Below, piece by piece: positions 23,613-32,039 of a stretch of DNA of 64,000 nt. Both the position numbers and the translations under genes were made by a program. The notes below the pieces were generated by a model. The model was not told where the DNA came from. It saw only the letters and a program-made list of their open reading frames with translations, and ran no database searches. This DNA is from Amoebidium appalachense (taxonomy: Eukaryota; Protista; Ichthyosporea). Location of the stretch: the NCBI GenBank assembly GCA_963693365.1, contig CAVNZM010000013.1, positions 3,996,722 to 4,060,721 of the forward strand. The letters run 5' to 3'. How positions within the stretch are numbered: the stretch's first letter is position 1; every line of letters starts with the position of its first letter.

Positions 23613-24653
23613 ATGGACTTGCCCCCGTCACAGGTTTTCCCCCGCCGCCCCAGCGTGTCTACGTGGGTGTGGTGCCTGTGTGCCCTGTTCGTCCTCCTCG
23701 TCGTGTACGACGTCAACCGGCCCCGCTTTTACCGCTACATCACCACCCTCAAGTGCAGGCGCCCCTGCGGCATATGCAACAGCTGTCCGGTCTGCCCCCC
23801 CGAAAAGAAGTGCCCGGATTGCCCCACCTGTCCGACGTGCCCCACCCTGGCCCCCACAAAGTGCCCCACGTGCCCGACCTGCCCGACCTGCCCCCCCAAG
23901 GAGAAGTGCCCCGACTGTCCCACCTGCCCCAACGCCCCCACCGCTGTTGTGAAGAAGGAGGAGCCACCAGCCAGGAGCATGGTGGGAAGCGGCAAAAAGA
24001 TCGTGGGGTCCAGCACATCCAAAGAGGCGATCGTGTCGCCCGACGGTCGGTACCAACTGGTGCAGGAGGGAGATGGAAACACAAAAGTCGCCGAACGCGG
24101 CAGCAACAAGGTCCTCTGGGCACACAACAAGACCAACAACGGTACCGCGCCCTACTCTCTCGTCATGCAGGAGGACAACAATCTGGTGGTGTACGACGCA
24201 AAGGGTGCGGTCATATGGGCGTCGAACACCTACCGCAAGGGGAAGCTGGGCACGGCGATCCTGACAATCGAGAACGACGGTGTCGCCTACGTGCGCGACG
24301 CCGACGGAACCGTGCTCTGGCAGTCGGGTCTGCCGGTGTCCGGACCCAATTAGGTGCAGCGATTGGATGTCGGGCACGCCGGAAGCGATATTCGGTCGAT
24401 GAAGGGGTCGGTGGACGAAGTGAAGACCGCGTGCGTCGCAGAACCGAAATGCAAGTCTTTCTACTACTCGACCAAGGATAATGTTGGATGGTTCAAGACG
24501 GTCGGCGCAGCGGACTCAAACTTAGCTTCGTATCCGGGCAACAGCACATGGTTCCTCACGCGTTGGTTTGGGTTGTATTGGACGCTCTGGAGAACGTACG
24601 TACGTGCACCGTGCTCTGGAAGTCCGCACGATCTTCGGGCTCGGGTAAGATGA
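23613..24653 (+). CDS. Type II membrane protein: TM + CPxC stalk + bulb-type (GNA-like) lectin; PAN/Apple-like domain after an in-frame TAG at 24351-24353
   Basis: TM segment WVWCLCALFVLLVVY, CPTCPTC repeats, then SPDGRYQLV...VLWA...LVMQEDNNLVVYD..GAVIWASNT...VLWQS with an intact QxDxNxVxY site. Downstream, GSDI...ACVAEPKCKSFYY...WFK resembles a PAN domain. Confidence 0.8.
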
Positions 24654-24821
24654 CGTAACGACACCTCTCGATTGGGTGGGTGCTCGTGGACGTCCTTGAT
24701 TGGATGGGCGCTCTTGGGCGGAAATCGCCATTGGGCGATGACGTCATCGTATCCCAAGCGGCAACGGCCATTAAAATGGCTCCAAGAATCGCACCGGGCA
24801 AACACGGGAACCGACACAAGA

Positions 24822-25777
24822 ATGGCGCTTATCACCGAGGCACCGTACTTTCTGCTCAAGGAGGAGGTCGACAACCCAGACCTCGAAGCCAACATCAGGG
24901 CGCACCTGTTCCACCCCACTGTCATGATCGACTTCTCGACCAGGAGCGCCATGGAGGTGATCACCCTGGACATCGTAGCCCTCTTCTCACGCGATCTGAA
25001 CCAGTCCATCACCGTCAAGCTGCCCGGGCCCCCGGCCTCCGCCACCTGTGCATAACGAGCGCATGGGACGACCAGTCGGAGAAGGGCGACCGTCTGATCC
25101 AACTCAACAGGTCAGAGCTCTTCGAGGCCGACGCCGCACTGCACCTCGTGGGCTTCGACGCCTGCACGGCGCTCGAGACCGTCGATGTCACCTTCTACGG
25201 TGACCTGTTCATCGAGGGCGTCATCGCGAACGCCTCTGCCGTCCAGTTGTCCGCGTGCTTCGTCCGCGGTCGCATCTCAAACTGCAAGACCGTGCGCATC
25301 ACACACGTCGACACCGACCTGCCCAGCGACAACGAGGACACCTACACCGACCCCGCGCCCCCCGTGCTCTTCATCCGCGCAGTCCAGCGCCTGACCATGA
25401 CGAACCACTTCACCCCGTGGCGCGCCTACGACATGGAGACCCTGGTCGCTGTCCGCGCAGTATGGACCGCGTCGTTCATGCGCGCTATCCGCACCCTGTG
25501 CAGGCTGCGCCACCTGTGCATCGTCTGGATCGTTGCAAGTCCTTACCACCCGCGCGTCCGCGGCATGTGCCTTCCCGAACACCCCTCCTTCCTAGTCATG
25601 GAGGGCTTTGCAAGCGTCTCCTTGGACACGGAGTGCGCGCCTCGTCCGCGCCTCATCACCCCCATCACGTCCGATCCCGTCGTCGTCGAGCTCGCCGGCG
25701 AGAAGTGGAGGGTCGGTGAAACGGCCCAGTTCTACGAGGTCGCACACGGCCTGTTTGCACGCGCGCCGCAGGCTTGA
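24822..25777 (+). pseudogene. Frameshifted ORFan with LRR-like segments
   Basis: MALITEAPYFLLKEE... (24822-25055) and a second frame (..LRHLCITSAWDD...LRHLCIVWI..) overlap near 25020-25050. It is preceded by ATTGG motifs and ATTAAAA. Confidence 0.5.
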
Positions 25778-25892
25778 CCACACACGCACACACACCATGT
25801 ACATTTAACTACACACACGCGGGGCTGGCCCCCGCCTTCACAACACACAAACTCAATAAACGTCTGTTTGTATTTTTATTGGTGCCACACGT

Positions 25893-26183
25893 ATGGCGTA
25901 TCGCTGGGAATACAAGCTCAAGGAGGAGCCAGGCAAGGCCCCCGTCATCCAGGCCACGGTTGTCCCCACAGAGGAAACGCAACGCCACACCGAGCGCGAG
26001 AAGCAGCGCTACGCCAGGGAGCTCGCGGACAAGGGCTACATCGACCTGCCCGACGAGCTCGCGCGGAAGTGCGGGTTCAAGCACTGGGTGCCCAAGAACC
26101 AGGCCATGACCGCGATTGTCATGCAAAGGATGTTAGAACCCGATGACGAGCCGGAGCCGCCCATGGAAAATAAAGAGAACTAG
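25893..26183 (+). CDS. Hypothetical 96-aa charged protein
   Basis: Clean ATG-TAG ORF with GC3-rich codons; AATAAA near the stop. Confidence 0.6.
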   Translation: MAYRWEYKLKEEPGKAPVIQATVVPTEETQRHTEREKQRYARELADKGYIDLPDELARKCGFKHWVPKNQAMTAIVMQRMLEPDDEPEPPMENKEN

Positions 26184-26214
26184 GCAGCGCGACAGATCAG
26201 GGGGGATGTTGTGG

Positions 26215-26355
26215 CTTTGATTGGTGCAAGGTCTTTGGATGTGACTTCTGATTTCCGATTGGTGGATCTTGTGTTTGCTCTTTAATTGGTTCTTGATTGG
26301 TTGACGGGTGTGATCTGATTGGCTTGATGCTTGCGCGACATCCGGTATAAAAGCT
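26215..26355 (+). promoter_or_regulatory. Five ATTGG (reverse CCAAT) boxes + TATA box
   Basis: ATTGG at about 26220, 26258, 26285, 26296 and 26318; GGTATAAAAG at about 26344; ATG at 26415. Confidence 0.65.
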
Positions 26356-26414
26356 TACCACACAAGAACAGGCCACCAGTTCGCATTTCCAATTTCACAT
26401 GAACATTCTGTGTT

Positions 26415-27286
26415 ATGAAAATGCCGGTGCGCATGGAACTGACCCGCATCGCCACGGAGGACGAGCTCACGAGGTACCTAGACCGCAAATTTGAATGCGT
26501 TGCAGAATCCACGGGCGATGGCCGGGATTGGTCGTGCCTAATTGAGTCGAGATGGGACCACGCACACAGGGTGGCTATTCCCATTCTGTCAAACGGACAG
26601 ATCAGTGTCCAGAGTGTTGGTGTAAATGGCATGACTCGTTATGAGCGCGACGAACGTTCCATGCGCGGCTACATCAAACTGTACAAGCCCGGACACCCCG
26701 TTACCGACCCGACCCTCAGCGAATACTACTATGAATTCGACACCACGCTCAGCGACAGCGAGGCCGGCATGGGGTATGGTTACAGATGTGAACGACGGCC
26801 CCCCGTATACGCCACCAAGCCGACCAGAGACGGATGGGTTTTCTGGAACGTTTTTGGGGATCCCAACTTGGATGAAGTCGATGGTGTGGCGCCTGCCATC
26901 TCCAGGAAACCTACTGGGTCATGCCCAGCCTCCTGTTTGAGAACGTCGTATGCACTACCCCATCCCCTGCCGCGCCTCCGTCCACCCTGCAAGAGGGTGC
27001 CTACCGCGTCGGGATCGAGCACGGTGCCCCCGTTTCGATGGCCCCCGGCGCTGTGGCCGCTCAAGACTTCACCACCGCGCTTGACGACTGGGCCTCCGAG
27101 TGGCTCGACCCGTTCTTTGAGCGGGTCAACGTCCAGGTCGAGAACGCGGGTCTGCCGCTAAGGGACGCCGTGTTGGACACCGTCCACGCCCGCAACCGCA
27201 CAACCGAGTTCTTCGGCCTGCCTCGCAGCCTGCGTAGAAGACCGACACCGTGGAACAACTCAGGCCATGTAGGACACGCACTTTGA
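26415..27286 (+). pseudogene. Frameshifted ORFan
   Basis: Protein-like sequence runs in frame 26415 to about 26905, then continues in the 26921-27286 frame (TYWVMPSLLFENVV...DDWASEWLDPFFERV). Confidence 0.5.
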
Positions 27287-27484
27287 AGACGGCTTGCCGT
27301 GGATTTGTCCTCCGCGGACAGGCCCGCTTGGGGTCTTGTGGGTTTCGTCCTAATAAATGCAGGTGACTGGTCACCGGTGGCACTGTATCCGCTATTTTTG
27401 GAGGAATGTCATTTGTATATTGATAAACAATAAAACCCAGTGATCGTTGGTCAGTCGTGTCAATTTAATCTTTTTCCTTGTGAA

Positions 27485-27832
27485 ATGGACGTGGAAGTGT
27501 ACAACCCAGGGTGTTATTGGTACGTGGGAGATCGCGGGCGGTTAGACAACATGCTGCGCAGCGCGCGTGCTCACTCTGGGACTGTGGTTCTTTCCGCGAC
27601 GAGTGATTTGATTACACAAGTATGTGGAGTGGATCAAAAAAGCCGCTTTGTTGTGAACGCGTTGGCGAGCAGCCTGTCGATTCCAGATATATGTTGGAAT
27701 GTCGGTGAACTCGTCGGTGTTTTGACAAAAACACAGTCTCGTGTACCGGAAGTCGTGGTGATTGCCAAGCGAGAGCCCTGGTGGGATCCACCTTTCAAAG
27801 GGGTGGGTCGTTTCAAGTTGATACGGGTGTAG
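27485..27832 (+). CDS. Hypothetical 115-aa protein, possibly a degenerate SF3-helicase-like fold
   Basis: Clean ORF. YWYVG, RFVVN, PEVVVIAKREP and RFKLIRV loosely parallel CRESS-Rep SF3 strands, but there is no GK[ST]. Confidence 0.5.
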   Translation: MDVEVYNPGCYWYVGDRGRLDNMLRSARAHSGTVVLSATSDLITQVCGVDQKSRFVVNALASSLSIPDICWNVGELVGVLTKTQSRVPEVVVIAKREPWWDPPFKGVGRFKLIRV

Positions 27833-28082
27833 CACCTGAAAGTATTTTCTGTGCGGTTTCCGTCTCGGTGAATTGTGTGGATGTGGTGTATGTATATGCA
27901 AGCATTAGTGGCAACAGTATCCACAGCCAGCGAATCATGAAGTTGTCGCATAATGGGTCCAGTATTGGGTGGGACCCGGTTTTTTGCTTCAGTGATCTGT
28001 TTATTCTATGAACGTCACATGATATCAGCGTCAACCAGAACAGGACGAATGAGATGGCGGACGCGACTACCCAAGGCCACAT
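27813..28082 (-). CDS. Small two-TM membrane protein (89 aa)
   Basis: Hydrophobic segments WVVASAISFVLFWLTLIS and WLWILLPLMLAYTY; lies downstream of the 30-bp CCAAT array. Confidence 0.55.
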   Translation of the reverse strand: MWPWVVASAISFVLFWLTLISCDVHRINRSLKQKTGSHPILDPLCDNFMIRWLWILLPLMLAYTYTTSTQFTETETAQKILSGATPVST

Positions 28083-28183
28083 TGTGCACTTGTACCAATA
28101 AAAAGAGGAAGCCTGTGTCTGTCGCGCGATACGACCCTTCACAGCACCGCCTGGGCCTTTTTTTTCGATCCGTATCTAAATTA

Positions 28184-28378
28184 GATCTGGTTGGTCCGCC
28201 CGGTTTGACCGCTGATCTAATTGGTCCGCCCGGTTTGACCTCTGATCTGATTAGTCCGCCCGGTTTGACCGTTGATCTAATTGGTTTGTGTGTTTTGACC
28301 GTTGATCTGATTGGTCCATCCGGTTTGACCGTTGATCTGATTGGTTCGCGTGGTTTGACCGCTGATCTGATTGGTCCC
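28184..28378. repeat. 30-bp tandem array (~6.5 copies), most units with ATTGG
   Basis: Unit GATCTGATTGGTCCGCCCGGTTTGACCGCT. Confidence 0.9.
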
Positions 28379-28693
28379 GAACGCCGCGGTAATCACCATA
28401 ATGGGAAGCATGTGTGGTGGCGTGCTTTTTGCGTGGTTTGGTTGGTTGTTCACTCGGCGAACTTTATTTTTTTTTTTTTTGCAAAGCGAAACGCGAGGCC
28501 ACTTGATTGGCCAGACGAAATAATCACTCCAAAAAACGTGAAAGGCGAGCCCTTTAATTGGCCAAGCGAAATTAAAGCATTGTTTTAATTGGCTATGTTT
28601 CTGCTGAGTTGAACCCTACGTGATGCGCATTGGTTCGTTTTGGTGGTTGCGCTAATGCAGATGTTTATAAGGACTCTTCGCGTCGCAGAAGCC

Positions 28694-29015
28694 TTCTGTT
28701 TTCCATCGTGAACGAGCCGTGTTGTAAGCGTCCTTTTTTAGAAGGGACTTTTTTTCTGTTTTCCATCGTGAACGAGCCGTGTTGTAAGCGTCCTTTTTTA
28801 GAAGAGACTTTTTTTTCTGTTTTCCATCGTGAACGAGCCGTGTTTTAAGCGTCCTTTTTTTAAAAGAGATTTTTTTTTCTGTTTTCCATCGTGAACGAGC
28901 CGTGTTGTAAGCGTCCTTTTTTAGAAGAGACTTTTTTTTCTGTTTTCCATCGTGAACGAGCCGTGTTTTAAGCGTCCTTTTTTTAGAAGAGATTTTTTTT
29001 TCTGTTTTCCATCGT
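28694..29015. repeat. ~61-bp tandem array (5 full + 1 partial) between a TATA motif and ORF 29106
   Basis: Unit TTCTGTTTTCCATCGTGAACGAGCCGTGTTGTAAGCGTCCTTTTTTAGAAGAGACTTTTTT; TTTATAAGG at about 28664. Confidence 0.9.
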
Positions 29016-29105
29016 CTACGAACCGTGACATGTAGCGACACAAAATTTCGGTGTTTGATTGTGTTTTTAAGCCCGTTTGGAATCGTTCGTGTTAACGGGT
29101 TCACA

Positions 29106-30116
29106 ATGGCTTCTATTCGCTATGCTCGTGTCTCCGGGACTTTTCGGGTTATTATTGATTTCTTTGACGCACTGGAAACAAGACCCTCCCACAAGCGTGA
29201 CCCGAGCATGCAAAGCCACATGCGGGTTTCCCTGCCTTCCCTTGCCAGATTGTGGCGTCACGCACAGGTCCTCGCGGTGACTAACGAAACTGTCGTCGAT
29301 TCGATTGACGAATATGATTTTTTGTTGGATAAGTTGCTCGACGTTTGTGCACACCTCACCCTCGACACCTCTGGTATAGCAACAATTGGTGTTCGTGACT
29401 TCCGGTTGTGTTTGAAAAAAATCGATGCCGATTCTATTTTTTCTCCCGACGTCGAAGTACATCGCTCCTACAAAGCTGATTGGGATGACGTTGTTGGCAA
29501 ATGCATCGCGTTCATGACATATCGTGACAGTGCTCTATACGACCAAGACCCGTGGCCTGTGACCGATGAAGACAAGAAGGTTTTCAGTTGTGTGTTGGCC
29601 GAGTATTCGTATTTGTATGCCCTTACCTCCGCCGTGAATGCCCAGAAGAAGGACGAGATTGGGGCCCTTTCTCGTCAGATTAAAGTGCTACAGGCACAGA
29701 AATCCAAACTCACAAGCGACGTGTACAACAACGAACAGCGTCTGAAGCGATATCACAACGTCGAGCCGAAAGAGTGTCATTTTGGTTGTGGTCTGCCTCG
29801 CCGACGCGGTTCTGGCGACTCCGTCAAACGACGTAAGAGTAGTTGTGACGATTTGGGTGGTGATGGTGGTGGTGATGCTCTTGCTTTGTATGTGGAGATG
29901 GAGTCTTTGGAGGAACATGTGCGTTTGGAACGTGTGCGTACATTGGCCTATTGCGAGTCAGGTGATGAGAGTGAAAGTGAAAGCGAAAGTGAAAGTGAAA
30001 ATAGTGGTGATGACGACAATGGTGTATCTCTGGTTGTGTACCATAACACATCTCGTCCCTCTCTCCTTTTCCGTCCAAATATGAATGTACAATCCGATCA
30101 TACCGAGGATGAATGA
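29106..30116 (+). CDS. Hypothetical 336-aa protein with coiled coil, basic NLS-like patch and acidic tail
   Basis: EIGALSRQIKVLQAQKSKLTSDV heptads, PRRRGSGDSVKRRK and ESESESESENSGDDD. Confidence 0.7.
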   Translation: MASIRYARVSGTFRVIIDFFDALETRPSHKRDPSMQSHMRVSLPSLARLWRHAQVLAVTNETVVDSIDEYDFLLDKLLDVCAHLTLDTSGIATIGVRDFRLCLKKIDADSIFSPDVEVHRSYKADWDDVVGKCIAFMTYRDSALYDQDPWPVTDEDKKVFSCVLAEYSYLYALTSAVNAQKKDEIGALSRQIKVLQAQKSKLTSDVYNNEQRLKRYHNVEPKECHFGCGLPRRRGSGDSVKRRKSSCDDLGGDGGGDALALYVEMESLEEHVRLERVRTLAYCESGDESESESESESENSGDDDNGVSLVVYHNTSRPSLLFRPNMNVQSDHTEDE

Positions 30117-30308
30117 CCTGTATATAGAAAAAACCGACACTCACCTTTTGGAATTTATATGCTCGAATTTAGATCATTGATGCTGATCAGAATATGTGGA
30201 TTGGGAATTGTTATACCCGTATTGTATGCTAAAATTAACCCCCGTGAAGTATATACAGATCCCTGTTTTTGGAAACCCCCCCCCCCCCCCCCCGCGCCCC
30301 CGGCCCCC

Positions 30309-30568
30309 CTGCCTCGCATGTCACGTGCCCCCTGCCTCGCGTGCCTCACGTGCCTCGCGTGCCTCACGTGCCTCACGTGCCCCCCCCTGCCTCACCTGCC
30401 TCACGTGCCTCACGTGCCCCCCCCTGCCTCACCTGCCTCACGTGCCTCACGTGCCCCCCCCTGCCTCACCTGCCTCACGTGCCTCACGTGCCCCCCCCCT
30501 GCCTCACCTGCCCCCCCTGCCTCACCTGCCCCCCCCTGCCTCACGTGCCTCACCTGCCCCCCCCCTGC
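30309..30568. repeat. 9-10 bp unit array (TGCCTCACG/TGCCTCACC/TGCCCCCCC) rich in CACGTG
   Basis: Directly visible. Confidence 0.9.
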
Positions 30569-30577
30569 CCGGGTCAA

Positions 30578-31285
30578 GACTTAGCTCGTGTAGACTTAGC
30601 TTTTTTCTCTCTCTCTCTCTCTCGTGTAGACTTAGCTTTTTTCTCTCTCTCTCTCTCTCGTGTAGACTTAGCTTTTTTCTCTCTCTCTCTCTCTCGTGTA
30701 GACTTAGCTTTTTTCTCTCTCTCTCTCTCTCGTGTAGACTTAGCTTTTTTCTCTCTCTCTTTTTTCTCTCTCTCTCTCTCGTGTAGACTTAGCTTTTTTC
30801 TCTCTCTCTTTTCTCACTCTCTCTCTCTCGTGTAGACTTAGCTTTTTTCTCTCTCTCTTTTCTCTCTCCCTCTCTCTCGTGTAGACTTAGCTTTTTTCTC
30901 TCTCTCTTTTTCTCTCTCTCTCTCTCGTGTAGACTTAGCTTTTTTCTCTCTCTCTTTTCTCTCTCTCTCTCTCTCGTGTAGACTTAGCTTTTTTCTCTCT
31001 CTCTTTTCTCTCTCTCTCTCTCTCGTGTAGACTTAGCTTTTTTCTCTCTCTCTTTTCTCTCTCTCTCTCTCTCGTGTAGACTTAGCTTTTTTCTCTCTCT
31101 CTTTTTTCTCTCTCTCTCTCTCGTGTAGACTTAGCTTTTTTCTCTCTCTCTTTTCTCTCTCTCTCTCTCTCGTGTAGACTTAGCTTTTTTCTCTCTCTCT
31201 CTCTCGTGTAGACTTAGCTTTTTTCTCTCTCTCTCTCTCGTGTAGACTTAGCTTTTTTCTCTCTCTCTCTTCTCTCTCTCTCTCT
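30578..31285. repeat. ~16 copies of an invariant CTCGTGTAGACTTAGCTTTTTT core separated by variable (CT)n/T spacers
   Basis: The core is identical in each copy; the period alternates between about 35 and 49 bp. Confidence 0.9.
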
Positions 31286-31465
31286 GGCCACTTTCCCACT
31301 TAAAAGTGGGTAATGCTGTATCGTTTGTTTTTTCTCCTTTTTTTTTTCTCTTTTTCAATTTTAAGTGGGAAAAGTGGGAAGTGGGAAATAGATTGATCGC
31401 GATCGGATCGGAGATGGTTTGGTGTGGTGATCTCAAAGTTACCAGGCCACGTGACTAGTCCAATA

Positions 31466-31840
31466 TTGGATTGGGCGATGGACTTGGTAAGGGTCGAATC
31501 GAATCGTGAAGGGCCGCCAGGCCCGGAGCCCGGAGCACGGCGCCCGGCCCGCGCGGGGTCTGGGGGGACGGGGTCCGGGGGGACGGCGTGGGGCAGGGGC
31601 GGCCCGGGTCTGGGGGGACGGGGTCCGGGGGGACGGGGTGGAGTGTGGACCGTCCACTCCACACTCCACCCCGTCCCCCCGGACCCCGTCCCCCCAGACC
31701 CGGGCCGCCCTGCCCCACGCCGTCCCCCCGGACCCTGTCCCCCCAGACCCCGCGCGGGCCGGGCGCCGTGCTCCGGGCTCCGGGCCTGGCGGCCCTTCGC
31801 GATTCGATTCGACCCTTACCAAGTCCATCGCCCAATCCAA
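31466..31840. repeat. 375-bp near-perfect GC-rich palindrome (arms 31466-31649 and 31658-31840, 8-nt loop)
   Basis: TTGGATTGGGCGATGGACTTGGTAAGGGTCGAATCGAATCG... pairs with ...CGATTCGATTCGACCCTTACCAAGTCCATCGCCCAATCCAA. I count two substitutions and one 1-nt indel between the arms. Confidence 0.95.
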
Positions 31841-32039
31841 GTGTGAAAATCGATCCTAAAAAAACAACCAATCAAAAACGTTGGAGTGATCTATCCCACA
31901 ATCAAATGCGCAATCCCTTTTCCGGCCGTATATATTGAGCTATCCCGCGCACAATTGATCGTGGTCCTGGGTAATCGGCATTGACCGGGTGGTGAAGACG
32001 CCGTGGCTGAGGATAGCGATACGTGCTTTGCTTTTCTAT

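Noticed and set aside
21349-27832. Element-wide TAG reassignment (alternative genetic code)
   Set aside because: Several ORFs end on TAG at sensible positions (21351, 23112, 26183, 27832), and host genes also stop on TAG.
28694-29015. CRISPR array
   Set aside because: Whole units repeat; there are no unique spacers.
30578-31285. CRISPR-like array (constant repeat with variable spacers)
   Set aside because: The spacers are only (CT)n/T runs rather than unique sequence, no cas genes were seen, and the context is eukaryotic.
31300-31938. Overlapping Pro/Gly/Arg-rich ORFs on both strands
   Set aside because: They are by-products of the GC-rich palindrome.
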